From a virus (taxonomy: Duplodnaviria; Heunggongvirae; Uroviricota; Caudoviricetes), in the IMG/VR virus record IMGVR_UViG_2721755658_000003: a DNA stretch of 37,505 nt; one strand, 5' to 3'. The notes below the pieces were generated by a model that was not told the DNA's origin, ran no database searches, and saw only the letters and a list, made by a program, of their open reading frames with translations. Both the position numbers and the translations under genes were made by a program. Positions within the stretch are counted from its first letter, which is position 1; the number at the start of each line of letters is the position of its first letter. Below, in pieces: positions 10,712 through 19,696 of the stretch.

Positions 10712-10766
10712 GATCAATCCCCTGAATAAAAACCGGGGATGATGCCAGTTAGCCGTTATCTCTGCA

Positions 10767-10792
10767 TTTTCATAAACGTTGGTTTGGGAGAA
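10767..10792. repeat. inversion crossover site 1 (gix/cix-like 26-bp site)
   Basis: TTTTCATAAACGTTGGTTTGGGAGAA; its 3' 13 bp TGGTTTGGGAGAA are an exact inverted repeat of 12679-12691, and it matches the reverse complement of 12679-12704 at 20 of 26 positions. Confidence 0.65.
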
Positions 10793-11152
10793 GCAGCGAA
10801 ACGGGGTGTGGGAACAGGGGAAAATCAGATACCGGACATGGCTTCTTTTGCCAGTGGTGATGGGTGGATGAAATTACCCAACGGGAAAATCCTGCAATAT
10901 GGTCGTGGTGCGGTTACGCCGACATTATCGACGCAAACAATGAGAATTACATTCAGCATCCCTTTTCCTAAAAAAGTGGACTGCGCCATGCTTACTCATT
11001 CTGGTGATGGTGGTGCGCCTTTAGGTGCTGGGCGGGGATTCGTGATGACCGCAGAAGGCCCAACATTAACCGGTTTTAATTCCGCTTACAGAACTGCATC
11101 AACCAGTTCCACAGTATCGATGAATTACAGTTGGTGGGCTGTTGGTGAGTAA
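10779..11152 (+). CDS. silent alternative tail-fibre C-terminal segment (Sv'-like); no own N-terminus in this orientation
   Basis: Plus-strand ORF begins at the crossover site and encodes the same GLGE junction peptide as H; would fuse to the constant part of H after inversion. Confidence 0.5.
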
Positions 11153-11163
11153 TTTTATTCAGG

Positions 11164-11616
11164 GTGATTTATATGAACGAATATGTTTATAGCGCAAGGC
11201 ATAATGCTTTTTTCCCTGTGGATATGATTGATAAATATAAATCAGAGGGATGGGATTTATCAGACGCTAAGGAAGTAAATCAAAATATTATCAGTGAGTT
11301 TATGGCTGAACCGCCACAAGGAAAAATCCGTATTGCCGGAGATGATGGGCTGCCTGCGTGGGCAGATATTCCTCCACCCACGCATGAAGAACTTATTGAA
11401 ATTACTGAATCAGAAAGACAGCTACTAATTAACCAAGCCAACGAATACATGAACAGTAAGCAATGGCCCGGTAAAGCCGCTATTGGTCGTCTGAAAGATG
11501 ATGAACTGGCGCAATATAATTTGTGGCTGGATTATCTGGACGCACTGGAACTGGTTGATTCCTCCAGTGCGCCAGATATTGAATGGCCTACGCCTCCGGC
11601 AGTTCAGGCCAGATGA
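11164..11616 (+). CDS. alternative tail fibre assembly protein (U'-like)
   Basis: 150-aa ORF inside the invertible segment, convergent with and overlapping the 3' end of the minus-strand assembly gene; true start may be the Met at 11173. Confidence 0.7.
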   Translation: MIYMNEYVYSARHNAFFPVDMIDKYKSEGWDLSDAKEVNQNIISEFMAEPPQGKIRIAGDDGLPAWADIPPPTHEELIEITESERQLLINQANEYMNSKQWPGKAAIGRLKDDELAQYNLWLDYLDALELVDSSSAPDIEWPTPPAVQAR

Positions 11617-12190
11617 CATCCGGCGCGGTGCTGGTATCTGTTGCCGTCACCGCGTCAATGTAATCCAGCACAGCGTTAAGTCGGGTGGTTTCTGCCTGCG
11701 TCAGCTTCCGTCCGGCCTGTAGTTTCAGTTGAATCAGACTGATGGAAGCCATTGCTGCATCAATCAGTGACTGGCGCAGTGCTTCTGCCGCGTCTACTGC
11801 GGCATTATGCTGTGCCTCAGTATCTGTCACCCATTTCTCACCATCCCATTCATCGTATGGCGTTAACGGGGCAATAGTGGTCGTATTTTCAGGATAATCA
11901 CCCGGACCTGTGATTTCTTTCGATTCTCCTGTTTCGGTGCTATAAACGTTTTCACCGCGATGGTCTGGCACATATTCCCATGAGTTAAAATCTGCAGAAC
12001 GGCAAATTGCATAACCAGCTTTATATGAGCCAGGAGCATCTAAACAGGAATATGCAGGGATACCGACACCCACAGCAAGATATTCAGTTGATGCAGAAAT
12101 ATACTCCCGTGTTTCACCATCATAGTTATAGACAGTAATATTCCCCGCCTTCGTGGCAATAAGCTCGCCATTTAATACAGCGTTATCCAT
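11588..12190 (-). CDS. tail fibre assembly protein (gpG-like), active orientation
   Basis: 200-aa ORF immediately downstream of H with 1-nt overlap. Confidence 0.8.
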   Translation of the reverse strand: MDNAVLNGELIATKAGNITVYNYDGETREYISASTEYLAVGVGIPAYSCLDAPGSYKAGYAICRSADFNSWEYVPDHRGENVYSTETGESKEITGPGDYPENTTTIAPLTPYDEWDGEKWVTDTEAQHNAAVDAAEALRQSLIDAAMASISLIQLKLQAGRKLTQAETTRLNAVLDYIDAVTATDTSTAPDVIWPELPEA

Positions 12191-13740
12191 TATGCAGCCC
12201 TCACGATATAGTTAAATGCAATATTCCGTGGACGAGTTTCATTTATCCCATATGCTGTTGTTCTCTGATTCCCGACAAAATATCCATTTGGATTCGAAGA
12301 TACAGAGTAATCATCAAAATCAAGTGGACTATCAGCGCCCGGAGTCAGACTGGCAATATATCCTCTACCCATAACTTCTGATGCTGGTATTTCTTTTGTA
12401 CGATAATCACTGACTCTGAATATCTGCCCCTGATGAGTATGTAATTCTACCCCTCCATTCTGAATACTTAGCAGCGTACGTTCTGCATCAATGCCGCGCC
12501 CATCATCCCAGCCACGAATGAACTCACCACGTAAATCAGGCAATTTATTTGTCGGGTAAGCCTTTGCCAGTTCCGGGTATTCTTCAGCAGAAAAAGCCGC
12601 ACCGTTGCATTTCAGCCAGCCTGTTGGCGGAGTGGCGGAAGGCCACGGAACAGGAACACCAACGGGTAATGCCGAACCTTCTCCCAAACCAAGGTATGCG
12701 AGAAGACCAGCAACATCCTTTCCACTCAAATTGGTAAGCGTATTGTCCAGCGGTTGTTTACCTGCCAGCGCATTAAGCATTGTCGTGGCAAAGTTCGGAT
12801 CATTCCCCAGTGCCGCCGCCAGTTCGTTCAGTGTATCCAGTGCCGCAGGTGCAGAACCCACCATTGCTGCAATCGCTGATTTCACAAAAGCTGTAGTGGC
12901 AATCTGTGTATTGTTGACCGACTGTGCCGCAGTAGGTGCTGTTGGCGTTCCGGTGAGTGCCGGACTCGACAGCGGTGCTTTTAGTGCCAGCGCATTGTTA
13001 ATGGTGATACTGAATTTCGGGTCATTGTTAATGGCTGCGGCAATTTCTTTCAGTGTGTCCAGCGTGGCTGGCGCACCGTTAATCAGAGCAGTAATAGCGG
13101 CCTGAACAAACTCAGTGGTCGCAATCCGCGTGGTGTTATTTCCTGCTGCAGGCGTCGGCGCTTTTGGTTCTCCGGTAAATGTCGGATTATGTTTCTGCGC
13201 ATACTGGGTATGAGGATCTTGTGCGGCAATGTGGTTTCTCATCTGGTCATCCACATACAGCTTTAATTCCAGGACTTCATCATCCACGTATTTACGGGTT
13301 GCCAGCACTACAGCAGGGTCGATTTTCAGGGTGATATTGTCCGTACTGCTGGTAATCAGCACCATGCGCACGGTCTGGGTACGCCCGCTGCCTTCAGCCA
13401 GTTGCGGCTTATAGCTTTCCGGGCAGTTGCCCACGGCAATCAATGCCCCGGATTCATCAAACAGGCCTACTTCACGTATCCACCAACCACCCTCGTTTTC
13501 AGGGATCACCTGTTCAGCAATAATCTGACTGCTATTCTGCGGGTCGATATAGAGCATATTCAGCGCAGCCCGGCGTTTCTCATTTACCAGTGCCGTCTGC
13601 TTTGCGTCCGGCGCTGGCAATGTTCCGCCGCCATCGCCGACCGCCATATGGGTAATTTTTACAGGCACACCGAGCGCGGCGGCGCTGGCAAGTTTCGCCG
13701 CGCCAATATCCGTCAGCAGGGTATAAAATTTTGTGCTCAT
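12190..13740 (-). CDS. tail fibre protein (gpH-like)
   Basis: 516-aa ORF; conserved N-terminal region resembling P2 H and repeated tail-fibre motifs (NDPNFATTMLNALAGKQP); C-terminal third lies inside the invertible segment. Confidence 0.85.
   Translation of the reverse strand: MSTKFYTLLTDIGAAKLASAAALGVPVKITHMAVGDGGGTLPAPDAKQTALVNEKRRAALNMLYIDPQNSSQIIAEQVIPENEGGWWIREVGLFDESGALIAVGNCPESYKPQLAEGSGRTQTVRMVLITSSTDNITLKIDPAVVLATRKYVDDEVLELKLYVDDQMRNHIAAQDPHTQYAQKHNPTFTGEPKAPTPAAGNNTTRIATTEFVQAAITALINGAPATLDTLKEIAAAINNDPKFSITINNALALKAPLSSPALTGTPTAPTAAQSVNNTQIATTAFVKSAIAAMVGSAPAALDTLNELAAALGNDPNFATTMLNALAGKQPLDNTLTNLSGKDVAGLLAYLGLGEGSALPVGVPVPWPSATPPTGWLKCNGAAFSAEEYPELAKAYPTNKLPDLRGEFIRGWDDGRGIDAERTLLSIQNGGVELHTHQGQIFRVSDYRTKEIPASEVMGRGYIASLTPGADSPLDFDDYSVSSNPNGYFVGNQRTTAYGINETRPRNIAFNYIVRAA
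12679..12704. repeat. inversion crossover site 2 (gix/cix-like), inside tail fibre gene H
   Basis: TTCTCCCAAACCAAGGTATGCGAGAA, itself an imperfect dyad; inverted repeat of site 1; encodes AYLGLGEG in the H frame. Confidence 0.65.
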
Positions 13741-14342
13741 GGATTCACTCTCATTGTGTCAATAACATGGACCGCCCCGCCTTCATGCGCGGTGCCGCTG
13801 GAAATAATTGTTTCGTTGATATACGGATAGATCGTGATTTCTTCGCCAAGATAACTGGCGGCTCCCACCCAATGCGGGCCGCTGGTCTGCAGATTGATGG
13901 ACATGCCGATCATGTGACGGCTGCATGGTTTGGCATCGCTTATCAGCCGCTCAAGTTCCAGATAGGTATCTTCAGTGATGCCCTGGTCCTGCACACCAAT
14001 GTCCAGGCGAAACGTGCCCGGTGTTTCTCCGGTCTGCCACCACTCAATAATGCGGATCAGGAAGCCGAACGGCTCCACCACCCGCCGCACAGCACTGGTG
14101 GTTCCTTTATGCTGATGTATATAAAAAGCATCCTTTACCACCTGGCGTTTGACGCTTTCCGTCCAGCCCTCGTCCCATCGATCCACAGAGAACGCCCAGG
14201 CGAGATAAGGCAGGAAACTGACCGGACATGTTGCCGGATCCCACAAGTCACGCAGCGGCACCTGCAAATCAGAAATTCCGCTGCAGGTTTGCGCCAGTCG
14301 GCGCTCCAGTGGCGTTGAACCCGGTGGTAGCAGACTATTCAT
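13737..14342 (-). CDS. baseplate assembly protein (gpI-like)
   Basis: 201-aa ORF with N-terminus LLPPGSTPLERRLAQ resembling P2 I. Confidence 0.8.
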   Translation of the reverse strand: MNSLLPPGSTPLERRLAQTCSGISDLQVPLRDLWDPATCPVSFLPYLAWAFSVDRWDEGWTESVKRQVVKDAFYIHQHKGTTSAVRRVVEPFGFLIRIIEWWQTGETPGTFRLDIGVQDQGITEDTYLELERLISDAKPCSRHMIGMSINLQTSGPHWVGAASYLGEEITIYPYINETIISSGTAHEGGAVHVIDTMRVNP

Positions 14343-15243
14343 CCGTTCCCCCGTTGGTCACGTTCCACTGCGTACATGATGCCGCCTGCGTTTTGTTCAG
14401 GACCACATCCGCCTGCGGGGAAGCCAGTTCCACACGTTGAACACCCTCAACATGCAGGGCGGCAAAGATGGCACTACGGCGAATATCCCGACCAAGCCGC
14501 GTCTGACTGGCGATGTACTTCTGCAGGCTGGCTTTTGCCGCTGCCATTACCGGCTCTGCTTCCGGTCCCGGATAGAGAAAAATGGTGGCATCCACCCGGT
14601 ACGGGATGATTTCTGCGCTGCGAACCGTCAGACGGTCAGCCACCGGGCGGACGTTCTCACTGTTCAGGGCTTTTTCCACCACATCCAGTAGATCTTTTTC
14701 TGCTGTTCCGTCGCCTTCGCGGCTAAGGACAGTCAGCACCACCTGTGCAGGTGCCGGACTGGTTGCACTGGCATCCGCCACCCGACCGTCGGCGCTTCGG
14801 GCATGAAATTCATAAGCGGCAGTTGGCCCCGCAACTGAAAGCCCTTCAAAGGCTGCAGGCACACGCAGGCGTAACGCTTCATCACTTTCCATCACAGCCG
14901 CAACGGGCGGCACAGCGTCATCATCAGCAGGTGTCACCGTCAGTCGTTTCACGTTGTAATTGGCGGCGAGCTGGTCCAGATCGCCCCCTATGGCATAAGC
15001 CACCATCACCGCCTGTGCGGCTTCGTTAATGCGCTGTCGCAGAAGCAACTCACGGTAAGCGTTTTCCTGCAACAATTTAGTGACGGGTTCAGATTCCAGT
15101 TCCAGCGTACGCATCACAGCTTCCTGTTCATCTTTCGGATGAAGCGCCACAAATTCTGCCTTGCGTTCGGCAAGCAGCATCTCAAAGTCCGGCACATCCA
15201 CAATCTGCGGCGCAGGCAACTGCGAAAGGTCAATCACTGCCAT
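14335..15243 (-). CDS. baseplate assembly protein (gpJ-like)
   Basis: Start placed at MAVIDLSQLPAP, matching the P2 J N-terminus by recall; ORF track extends 13 codons further upstream. Confidence 0.8.
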   Translation of the reverse strand: MAVIDLSQLPAPQIVDVPDFEMLLAERKAEFVALHPKDEQEAVMRTLELESEPVTKLLQENAYRELLLRQRINEAAQAVMVAYAIGGDLDQLAANYNVKRLTVTPADDDAVPPVAAVMESDEALRLRVPAAFEGLSVAGPTAAYEFHARSADGRVADASATSPAPAQVVLTVLSREGDGTAEKDLLDVVEKALNSENVRPVADRLTVRSAEIIPYRVDATIFLYPGPEAEPVMAAAKASLQKYIASQTRLGRDIRRSAIFAALHVEGVQRVELASPQADVVLNKTQAASCTQWNVTNGGTDE

Positions 15244-15589
15244 TCTCTGCTCCTGTTGATACGGAAAGGGAAACAGGCACACCGTTATTACGCCGCCCGG
15301 TCAGCTCCACCACCATTGAACCGTCAAAATTACTGTTGATGGTGATGGAATCCAGCGTCAGCCGTGGCTCCCAGCGATTCAGCGCCACATACACTGCCGA
15401 CATGACCTGCAGGCGTAATGCCGGATTTTGTGGCTGGTCTATCAGTGCCGACAGCAGAGAACCATATTCACGACGGGCAATGCGGCTACCCTGCGGTGTC
15501 AGCAGAATGTCCCGCACCGACTGGCGCAGATGGTCAATATCAGTAATGGCTTTACCGCTGGTATTGTTCATCCCGCTATAAAGCGTCAT
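15230..15589 (-). CDS. baseplate protein (gpW-like)
   Basis: 119-aa ORF between V and J; P2 W-like size and sequence. Confidence 0.8.
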   Translation of the reverse strand: MTLYSGMNNTSGKAITDIDHLRQSVRDILLTPQGSRIARREYGSLLSALIDQPQNPALRLQVMSAVYVALNRWEPRLTLDSITINSNFDGSMVVELTGRRNNGVPVSLSVSTGAENGSD

Positions 15590-16164
15590 ACCGGGCCTCC
15601 GGTTGTGTCGCCACCTTTCAGGACGCCAGTATGCTGATGTGCATCAACCACAATTCCGTTAGAACTCATTGCACCGCCGCCCTGGGTAACGCCACCATTG
15701 ATCACTACTTCGCTGTTAATACGCGTGCGGTCAGCCTCCAGTACAAACTCACTGGTTTTCATGGTGATGTTGTCAGCGGCCTCAATGACCATTGATTTGA
15801 TGCCCCTGACATACCAGCGCCCGGTGGCGGGTTCGTATTCAAACCAGCCGCCGTCCGGGTATTCCGTCACGTTGCCGTCCTCAGAGCCTGAAGGTGGCGG
15901 AAACTGGTTTGAGTAGACCGCAGGCAGGGCAAACGCGGTTTCCAGATTGCCGCCAAGGCTGAACAGCACAACCTGCTCACCCACAGACGGTTTCCACCAG
16001 GTGCGCGATTTGCCCGCGCGCAGTGTCAGCCAGTTAATCCAGTTGGTTTCGAGGTCGCCAGTTTTCACCCGACACAGCCAGTTTGCCCTGTCCACTTCGG
16101 TGACTACACCTGTGCGGATCAGGTTGGTGATAAGGCGCATGATTTCGGTTAATTGTGCGTTCAT
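15586..16164 (-). CDS. baseplate spike/assembly protein (gpV-like)
   Basis: 192-aa ORF with conserved RAGKSRTWWKPSVGEQV segment resembling P2 V. Confidence 0.8.
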   Translation of the reverse strand: MNAQLTEIMRLITNLIRTGVVTEVDRANWLCRVKTGDLETNWINWLTLRAGKSRTWWKPSVGEQVVLFSLGGNLETAFALPAVYSNQFPPPSGSEDGNVTEYPDGGWFEYEPATGRWYVRGIKSMVIEAADNITMKTSEFVLEADRTRINSEVVINGGVTQGGGAMSSNGIVVDAHQHTGVLKGGDTTGGPV

Positions 16165-16209
16165 AGGGAAAGGTTGCCATCAATAGCAAGCAGTAGACAG
16201 CCTTTGTAA

Positions 16210-16230
16210 TTGTATTAGACATAGAACAAA
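16210..16230 (-). promoter_or_regulatory. possible late promoter element upstream of V (P_V-like)
   Basis: TTGTATTAGACATAGAACAAA fits TTGT-N12-ACAAA, but the spacing to the V start differs from the other two sites. Confidence 0.25.
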
Positions 16231-16384
16231 TGCCTTTCAATGGTCTGCGTTAGAGCATTAATACGTTGCAAAAGGTCGAATGACGTTGCGCAAGTTAAGA
16301 AGTTCAATGCTCTTAAAAAAGCACTTGAAAGCAACGCCTTTAATTATTAAAAGCCAATTAATTTAGGCGGTTACTATGTTATCT

Positions 16385-16418
16385 TTGACACAAAAGATGT
16401 TTATTGACAATATATAAG
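16385..16418 (+). promoter_or_regulatory. putative sigma70 promoter of the accessory gene
   Basis: TTGACA at 16385-16390 and a second TTGACA at 16404-16409 followed by TATATAAG; AT-rich region just upstream of the RBS AGGAG (16431-16435). Confidence 0.35.
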
Positions 16419-16442
16419 TTCAATCTAACAAGGAGAAAAATT

Positions 16443-18218
16443 ATGCCAAATGAAAATCTTGATATTGACTCAAGGACTACCGAGCAATTATACGAATGGT
16501 ATTTGCAAGGAAATTTGATAGTCAATAGACGTTATCAAAGGAAACTTGTATGGTCTCTAGAAGAAAAGACTTCTTTAATATCTTCTATGCTGCAACAATA
16601 TCCTATTCCGTTATTATTATTTGTTACCATCAATGAACAAAGAGAAATATTGGATGGAATGCAAAGATTAGAAGCAATTATGAGCTTCATCGAACAGAGA
16701 TTTTCATTAGATGGACAATATTTTGATTTGGACTCTATAGCTTTAACAAAACAACTTAAAGATAATGGAACTTTAATTCAGAAAGAACCAATCCTTTCCC
16801 GTGATTCTTCAGCAATTATTGCACGTTATCGATTTGCAATATCAGAATATAGCTCCACAAATGAAAATATTGACGAAGTATTCAGACGAATAAACTCAAA
16901 CGGGAAGATTTTATCCAAACAAGAATTACGTAGTGCAGGAACAGTTAGTAACTTCTCTGAACTGGTCAGATCGATATCAACATCGATCAGAGGTGATACT
17001 AGCCATTCTGACATTATGAATCTCCAGCAAATGCACAAAATTTCAATCAGTAACGATAGATTGGAGTACGGGGTAAATATCGATAACCACTTTTATATAA
17101 AACATCATATTTTAACAAGACGAAGTATTCGTGATTCTGATGACGAGGAATTGATAGCCAATATCCTTGCATATATCAGTCTAGAAGAAAAACCCACATC
17201 TGGGTCAACTTCTCTCGACACATTCTATGGTCAAGGAAACTCCTCTCATGCTCATGGTGTCAGACAGCAATTAGAGTCTTTCATTCAAACCAATAACGCT
17301 GCCACTATTAAGCAGAATTTCATAGCTGTATATGAATTAATTACAAGCCTATATGACGGAAAAAATGATACTTTTAGAAGCCATATTTTAGGGGAGGATA
17401 ATTCATCTCAAGAATGCCCTCGTTATTATCAAGCTGTGTTTTTGTCTATTTATGAACTTCTTTTCAACCAAAATATGCAATTAATTGATAAAGAAGGTTT
17501 ATTCTCGCAATTAAAAAACACTGGCAATACCATAATTATGGTTACCGATGGTGGCCGCTGGGCTGCAAGCACTCGTGAAAAAAGTGTTAATGATCTTGTT
17601 GCATTAATAAGTCGTTACTTCCAACCTGCTCCTCAAAAGTATGTGAATCATGCTTGGGTAACTGAAATTCGCAATCTATTAACAAATTCTAGAACTGAAC
17701 AACCAAGTTATGATTTCAAACAAGGGTTCTTTAATTTATCAGGTAAAAATGAATTTGATGATGAATGTTTAAAAGGAATATTACAAACTTGCGTAGCAAT
17801 AAATAATATTGGAAAAAGCGCAAAAGGCTATATTTTAGTTGGTATTGCCGAAAATAAATTAACCGCAGATAGAATTCAACATTTATATGGAGTAAATTCA
17901 ATTGAGTTCAATGGGTTCTATATAAACGGAATTGATCATGAAGCAATGTTAGTCTCTGGTAGCATTGATGATTACTTTATGTTAATAAAACAAAAAATAC
18001 AAGGATACAATTTCACTGAAACTCTAAAACAGCAGATACTTAAGAATATTGAGTTTTGCTCTTACAATGGCTTACACATACTCAAGATAACTATTCAGAG
18101 CACAGGTCAAATTTGCGACTTTGAGAATATGTTTTATATCAGACAAGGCTCATCGACTGATCCAGTTACGGATACACAAAACATCTCAGCTCTATTTAAC
18201 TCTTACATGAACAGCTAA
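16443..18218 (+). CDS. accessory protein: DUF262 (ParB-like/GmrS N-terminal) domain fused to an AlbA_2/Schlafen-like C-terminal domain; candidate anti-phage defence protein
   Basis: ATG at 16443 with SD AGGAG 7 nt upstream (ORF track uses an upstream TTG at 16404); N-terminal motif RRYQRKLVWSLEEK...DGMQRLEAI typical of DUF262; C-terminal DFKQG...ILQTCVAINNIGKSAKGYILVGIAENK resembles the AlbA_2 core; AT-rich, opposite strand to flanking tail genes. Confidence 0.7.
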   Translation: MPNENLDIDSRTTEQLYEWYLQGNLIVNRRYQRKLVWSLEEKTSLISSMLQQYPIPLLLFVTINEQREILDGMQRLEAIMSFIEQRFSLDGQYFDLDSIALTKQLKDNGTLIQKEPILSRDSSAIIARYRFAISEYSSTNENIDEVFRRINSNGKILSKQELRSAGTVSNFSELVRSISTSIRGDTSHSDIMNLQQMHKISISNDRLEYGVNIDNHFYIKHHILTRRSIRDSDDEELIANILAYISLEEKPTSGSTSLDTFYGQGNSSHAHGVRQQLESFIQTNNAATIKQNFIAVYELITSLYDGKNDTFRSHILGEDNSSQECPRYYQAVFLSIYELLFNQNMQLIDKEGLFSQLKNTGNTIIMVTDGGRWAASTREKSVNDLVALISRYFQPAPQKYVNHAWVTEIRNLLTNSRTEQPSYDFKQGFFNLSGKNEFDDECLKGILQTCVAINNIGKSAKGYILVGIAENKLTADRIQHLYGVNSIEFNGFYINGIDHEAMLVSGSIDDYFMLIKQKIQGYNFTETLKQQILKNIEFCSYNGLHILKITIQSTGQICDFENMFYIRQGSSTDPVTDTQNISALFNSYMNS

Positions 18219-18260
18219 TCAATCGCCATCTCCACAGGAGCTGGCTTATGGATAAAAACA

Positions 18261-18295
18261 AAAGACGAGAGGGTTATTTAAACCTCCTCGTCTTT
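18261..18295. terminator. bidirectional terminator between the accessory gene and gene S
   Basis: Hairpin AAAGACGAGAGG ... CCTCCTCGTCTTT with T/A-rich flanks on both sides. Confidence 0.5.
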
Positions 18296-18740
18296 ATTTT
18301 GATAGTTCCTCCTTTATGCTCATAATAATATTTTCTTCTGTTTTATAAGATAAGCCCAATAAAGTACGTTGCGGATATTTCGCGATTAAACCTTTTTTAT
18401 TTACGCGATCACGCAGACCGTAGTGATGAACACGGGCAATGCGCTGTACCTTGCCTTCAAACTGCACGCTGGCAGAGTCGGCGCTGGCGGAAGTTTTCAG
18501 GTATTTTGTGGTGCACAGCTTTGCAAACATCTGACGTTTGATACGGCCTTTTTTACTGCGTGCTGTTACCCGTCGCGGTTCATAACTGCTGCCATCTGGA
18601 TTGCGCTGCATTCTGATATTTTGCTGCTGTGTCCGGCGTAGTTCCTGCGCCAGCTGGCGCATCATGCGGCTTCTTGCGGCTGGCTCCAGATTAGCCAGCA
18701 AGGCACTCAGCCAGTCGTCCACTTTCTGCAGTTCAGCCAC
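18294..18740 (-). CDS. tail completion protein (gpS-like)
   Basis: 148-aa ORF; LMRQLAQELRRTQQ region resembles P2 S. Confidence 0.75.
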   Translation of the reverse strand: MAELQKVDDWLSALLANLEPAARSRMMRQLAQELRRTQQQNIRMQRNPDGSSYEPRRVTARSKKGRIKRQMFAKLCTTKYLKTSASADSASVQFEGKVQRIARVHHYGLRDRVNKKGLIAKYPQRTLLGLSYKTEENIIMSIKEELSK

Positions 18741-19164
18741 GTTTCACCGTCCACATTTCTTCAGGTTCATCAGGTTCCTCTATAGCTTCAACGCTCGACA
18801 CACTGCCGTCAGTGCTGACCAGCACACGCTCCGTCAGTTGCAGGTTGAGGCTGATATCACAGACATCGTTGCGCAGAATATCCACCTCAAAGGTGAATAG
18901 CTTTTCCCGTAACGCCGGGTTATTGATGGCATCGGGCTGGTTATCACTCAGCCACAGCAAAACCGGGGCCATCAGCAGATTCTGGTCGCCGCTGAAATCC
19001 TCAATCACCACGTTCAGGGTGTAGCGGTACTCCCATGACATGGAGCTGGCCCCCGTGGCAACCAGCGAACCGTTATCCACAAACAGATGCAGTTTGTCCG
19101 GGTTATTGCGGACATAAGGCACCGCTTTATTGAGGGCGTGGCGCAGGGATTGTGGTTTGTTCAC
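18733..19164 (-). CDS. tail completion protein (gpR-like)
   Basis: P2 R-like sequence (FVDNGS, RYTLNVVI); start probably the GTG at 19164 preceded by AGGAG rather than the ATG at 19185. Confidence 0.7.
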   Translation of the reverse strand: MNKPQSLRHALNKAVPYVRNNPDKLHLFVDNGSLVATGASSMSWEYRYTLNVVIEDFSGDQNLLMAPVLLWLSDNQPDAINNPALREKLFTFEVDILRNDVCDISLNLQLTERVLVSTDGSVSSVEAIEEPDEPEEMWTVKRG

Positions 19165-19417
19165 TGTTTCGCTCCTGACACGCAATAATCATGTCCACTT
19201 TGTCTGCACAGACCGCCCAGGCGGCCTCCGTTTCATCCAGCAACGCATTCAGATCACCGTTAGTGCGCGGTGCTGCCTGCTCCAGCCGACACGGCGTCAC
19301 TCGCGGACAACCACTGACGGTAAGCTGCACCTCCGGTGAGTGCCGGACGTTCCCGCAGCCGGATAATGTCAGCAGGCAAAGGAGTATCAGCCCAGTGGCG
19401 TAAATCCTCGTTCTCAC
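19127..19417 (-). CDS. LysC-like o-spanin (Rz1-type lipoprotein) embedded in lysB
   Basis: 96-aa ORF in an alternate frame of lysB with lipoprotein signal and lipobox (LLTLSGC); P2 lysC is also 96 aa and overlaps R. Confidence 0.65.
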   Translation of the reverse strand: MRTRIYATGLILLCLLTLSGCGNVRHSPEVQLTVSGCPRVTPCRLEQAAPRTNGDLNALLDETEAAWAVCADKVDMIIACQERNSEQTTIPAPRPQ

Positions 19418-19688
19418 GTTTCAGTTCCTCGATCCGGCGTTGTCGTTGTCTCAGCTGTGCGCTGGTCTGTTCTGCTTCGGCATAGAGCCGCGCCTGCTCC
19501 CGGTTATTGGTTTCAGTCAGAATGGACAGGCTGATAAGCTGGCTGTTGCTCTTTGCCAGTGCCTGGCTTTTGCTCTGCAGCTCGTTTGCCTGCGTGCTGA
19601 TGGTCTGGCTGGCATCAGCCAGCCGCCACGTCTGCCAGCCCAGCGCCGCCAGTAATAACGCCAGCACAACCAGCAGCAACCGGTTCAT
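19260..19688 (-). CDS. LysB-like i-spanin (Rz-type)
   Basis: 142-aa ORF with N-terminal transmembrane segment and coiled-coil remainder. Confidence 0.7.
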   Translation of the reverse strand: MNRLLLVVLALLLAALGWQTWRLADASQTISTQANELQSKSQALAKSNSQLISLSILTETNNREQARLYAEAEQTSAQLRQRQRRIEELKRENEDLRHWADTPLPADIIRLRERPALTGGAAYRQWLSASDAVSAGAGSTAH

Positions 19689-19696
19689 GCTGCTAC

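Noticed and set aside
12549-13830. Plus-strand ORFs overlapping tail fibre gene H outside the invertible segment (12605-13105, 13402-13830)
   Set aside because: They lie upstream of or across crossover site 2 and are not part of the alternative-orientation cassette; antisense low-complexity translations.
16298-16427. Direct 9-bp repeat AAGTTCAAT (16298-16306 and 16419-16427) upstream of and within the accessory gene leader
   Set aside because: Short AT-rich repeat in an AT-rich region; likely chance, and no dyad partner or known operator pattern was recognised.
16404-16442. TTG-initiated N-terminal extension of the DUF262 gene
   Set aside because: The ATG at 16443 has a canonical AGGAG Shine-Dalgarno 7 nt upstream; the extension would start inside the promoter-like TTGACA element.
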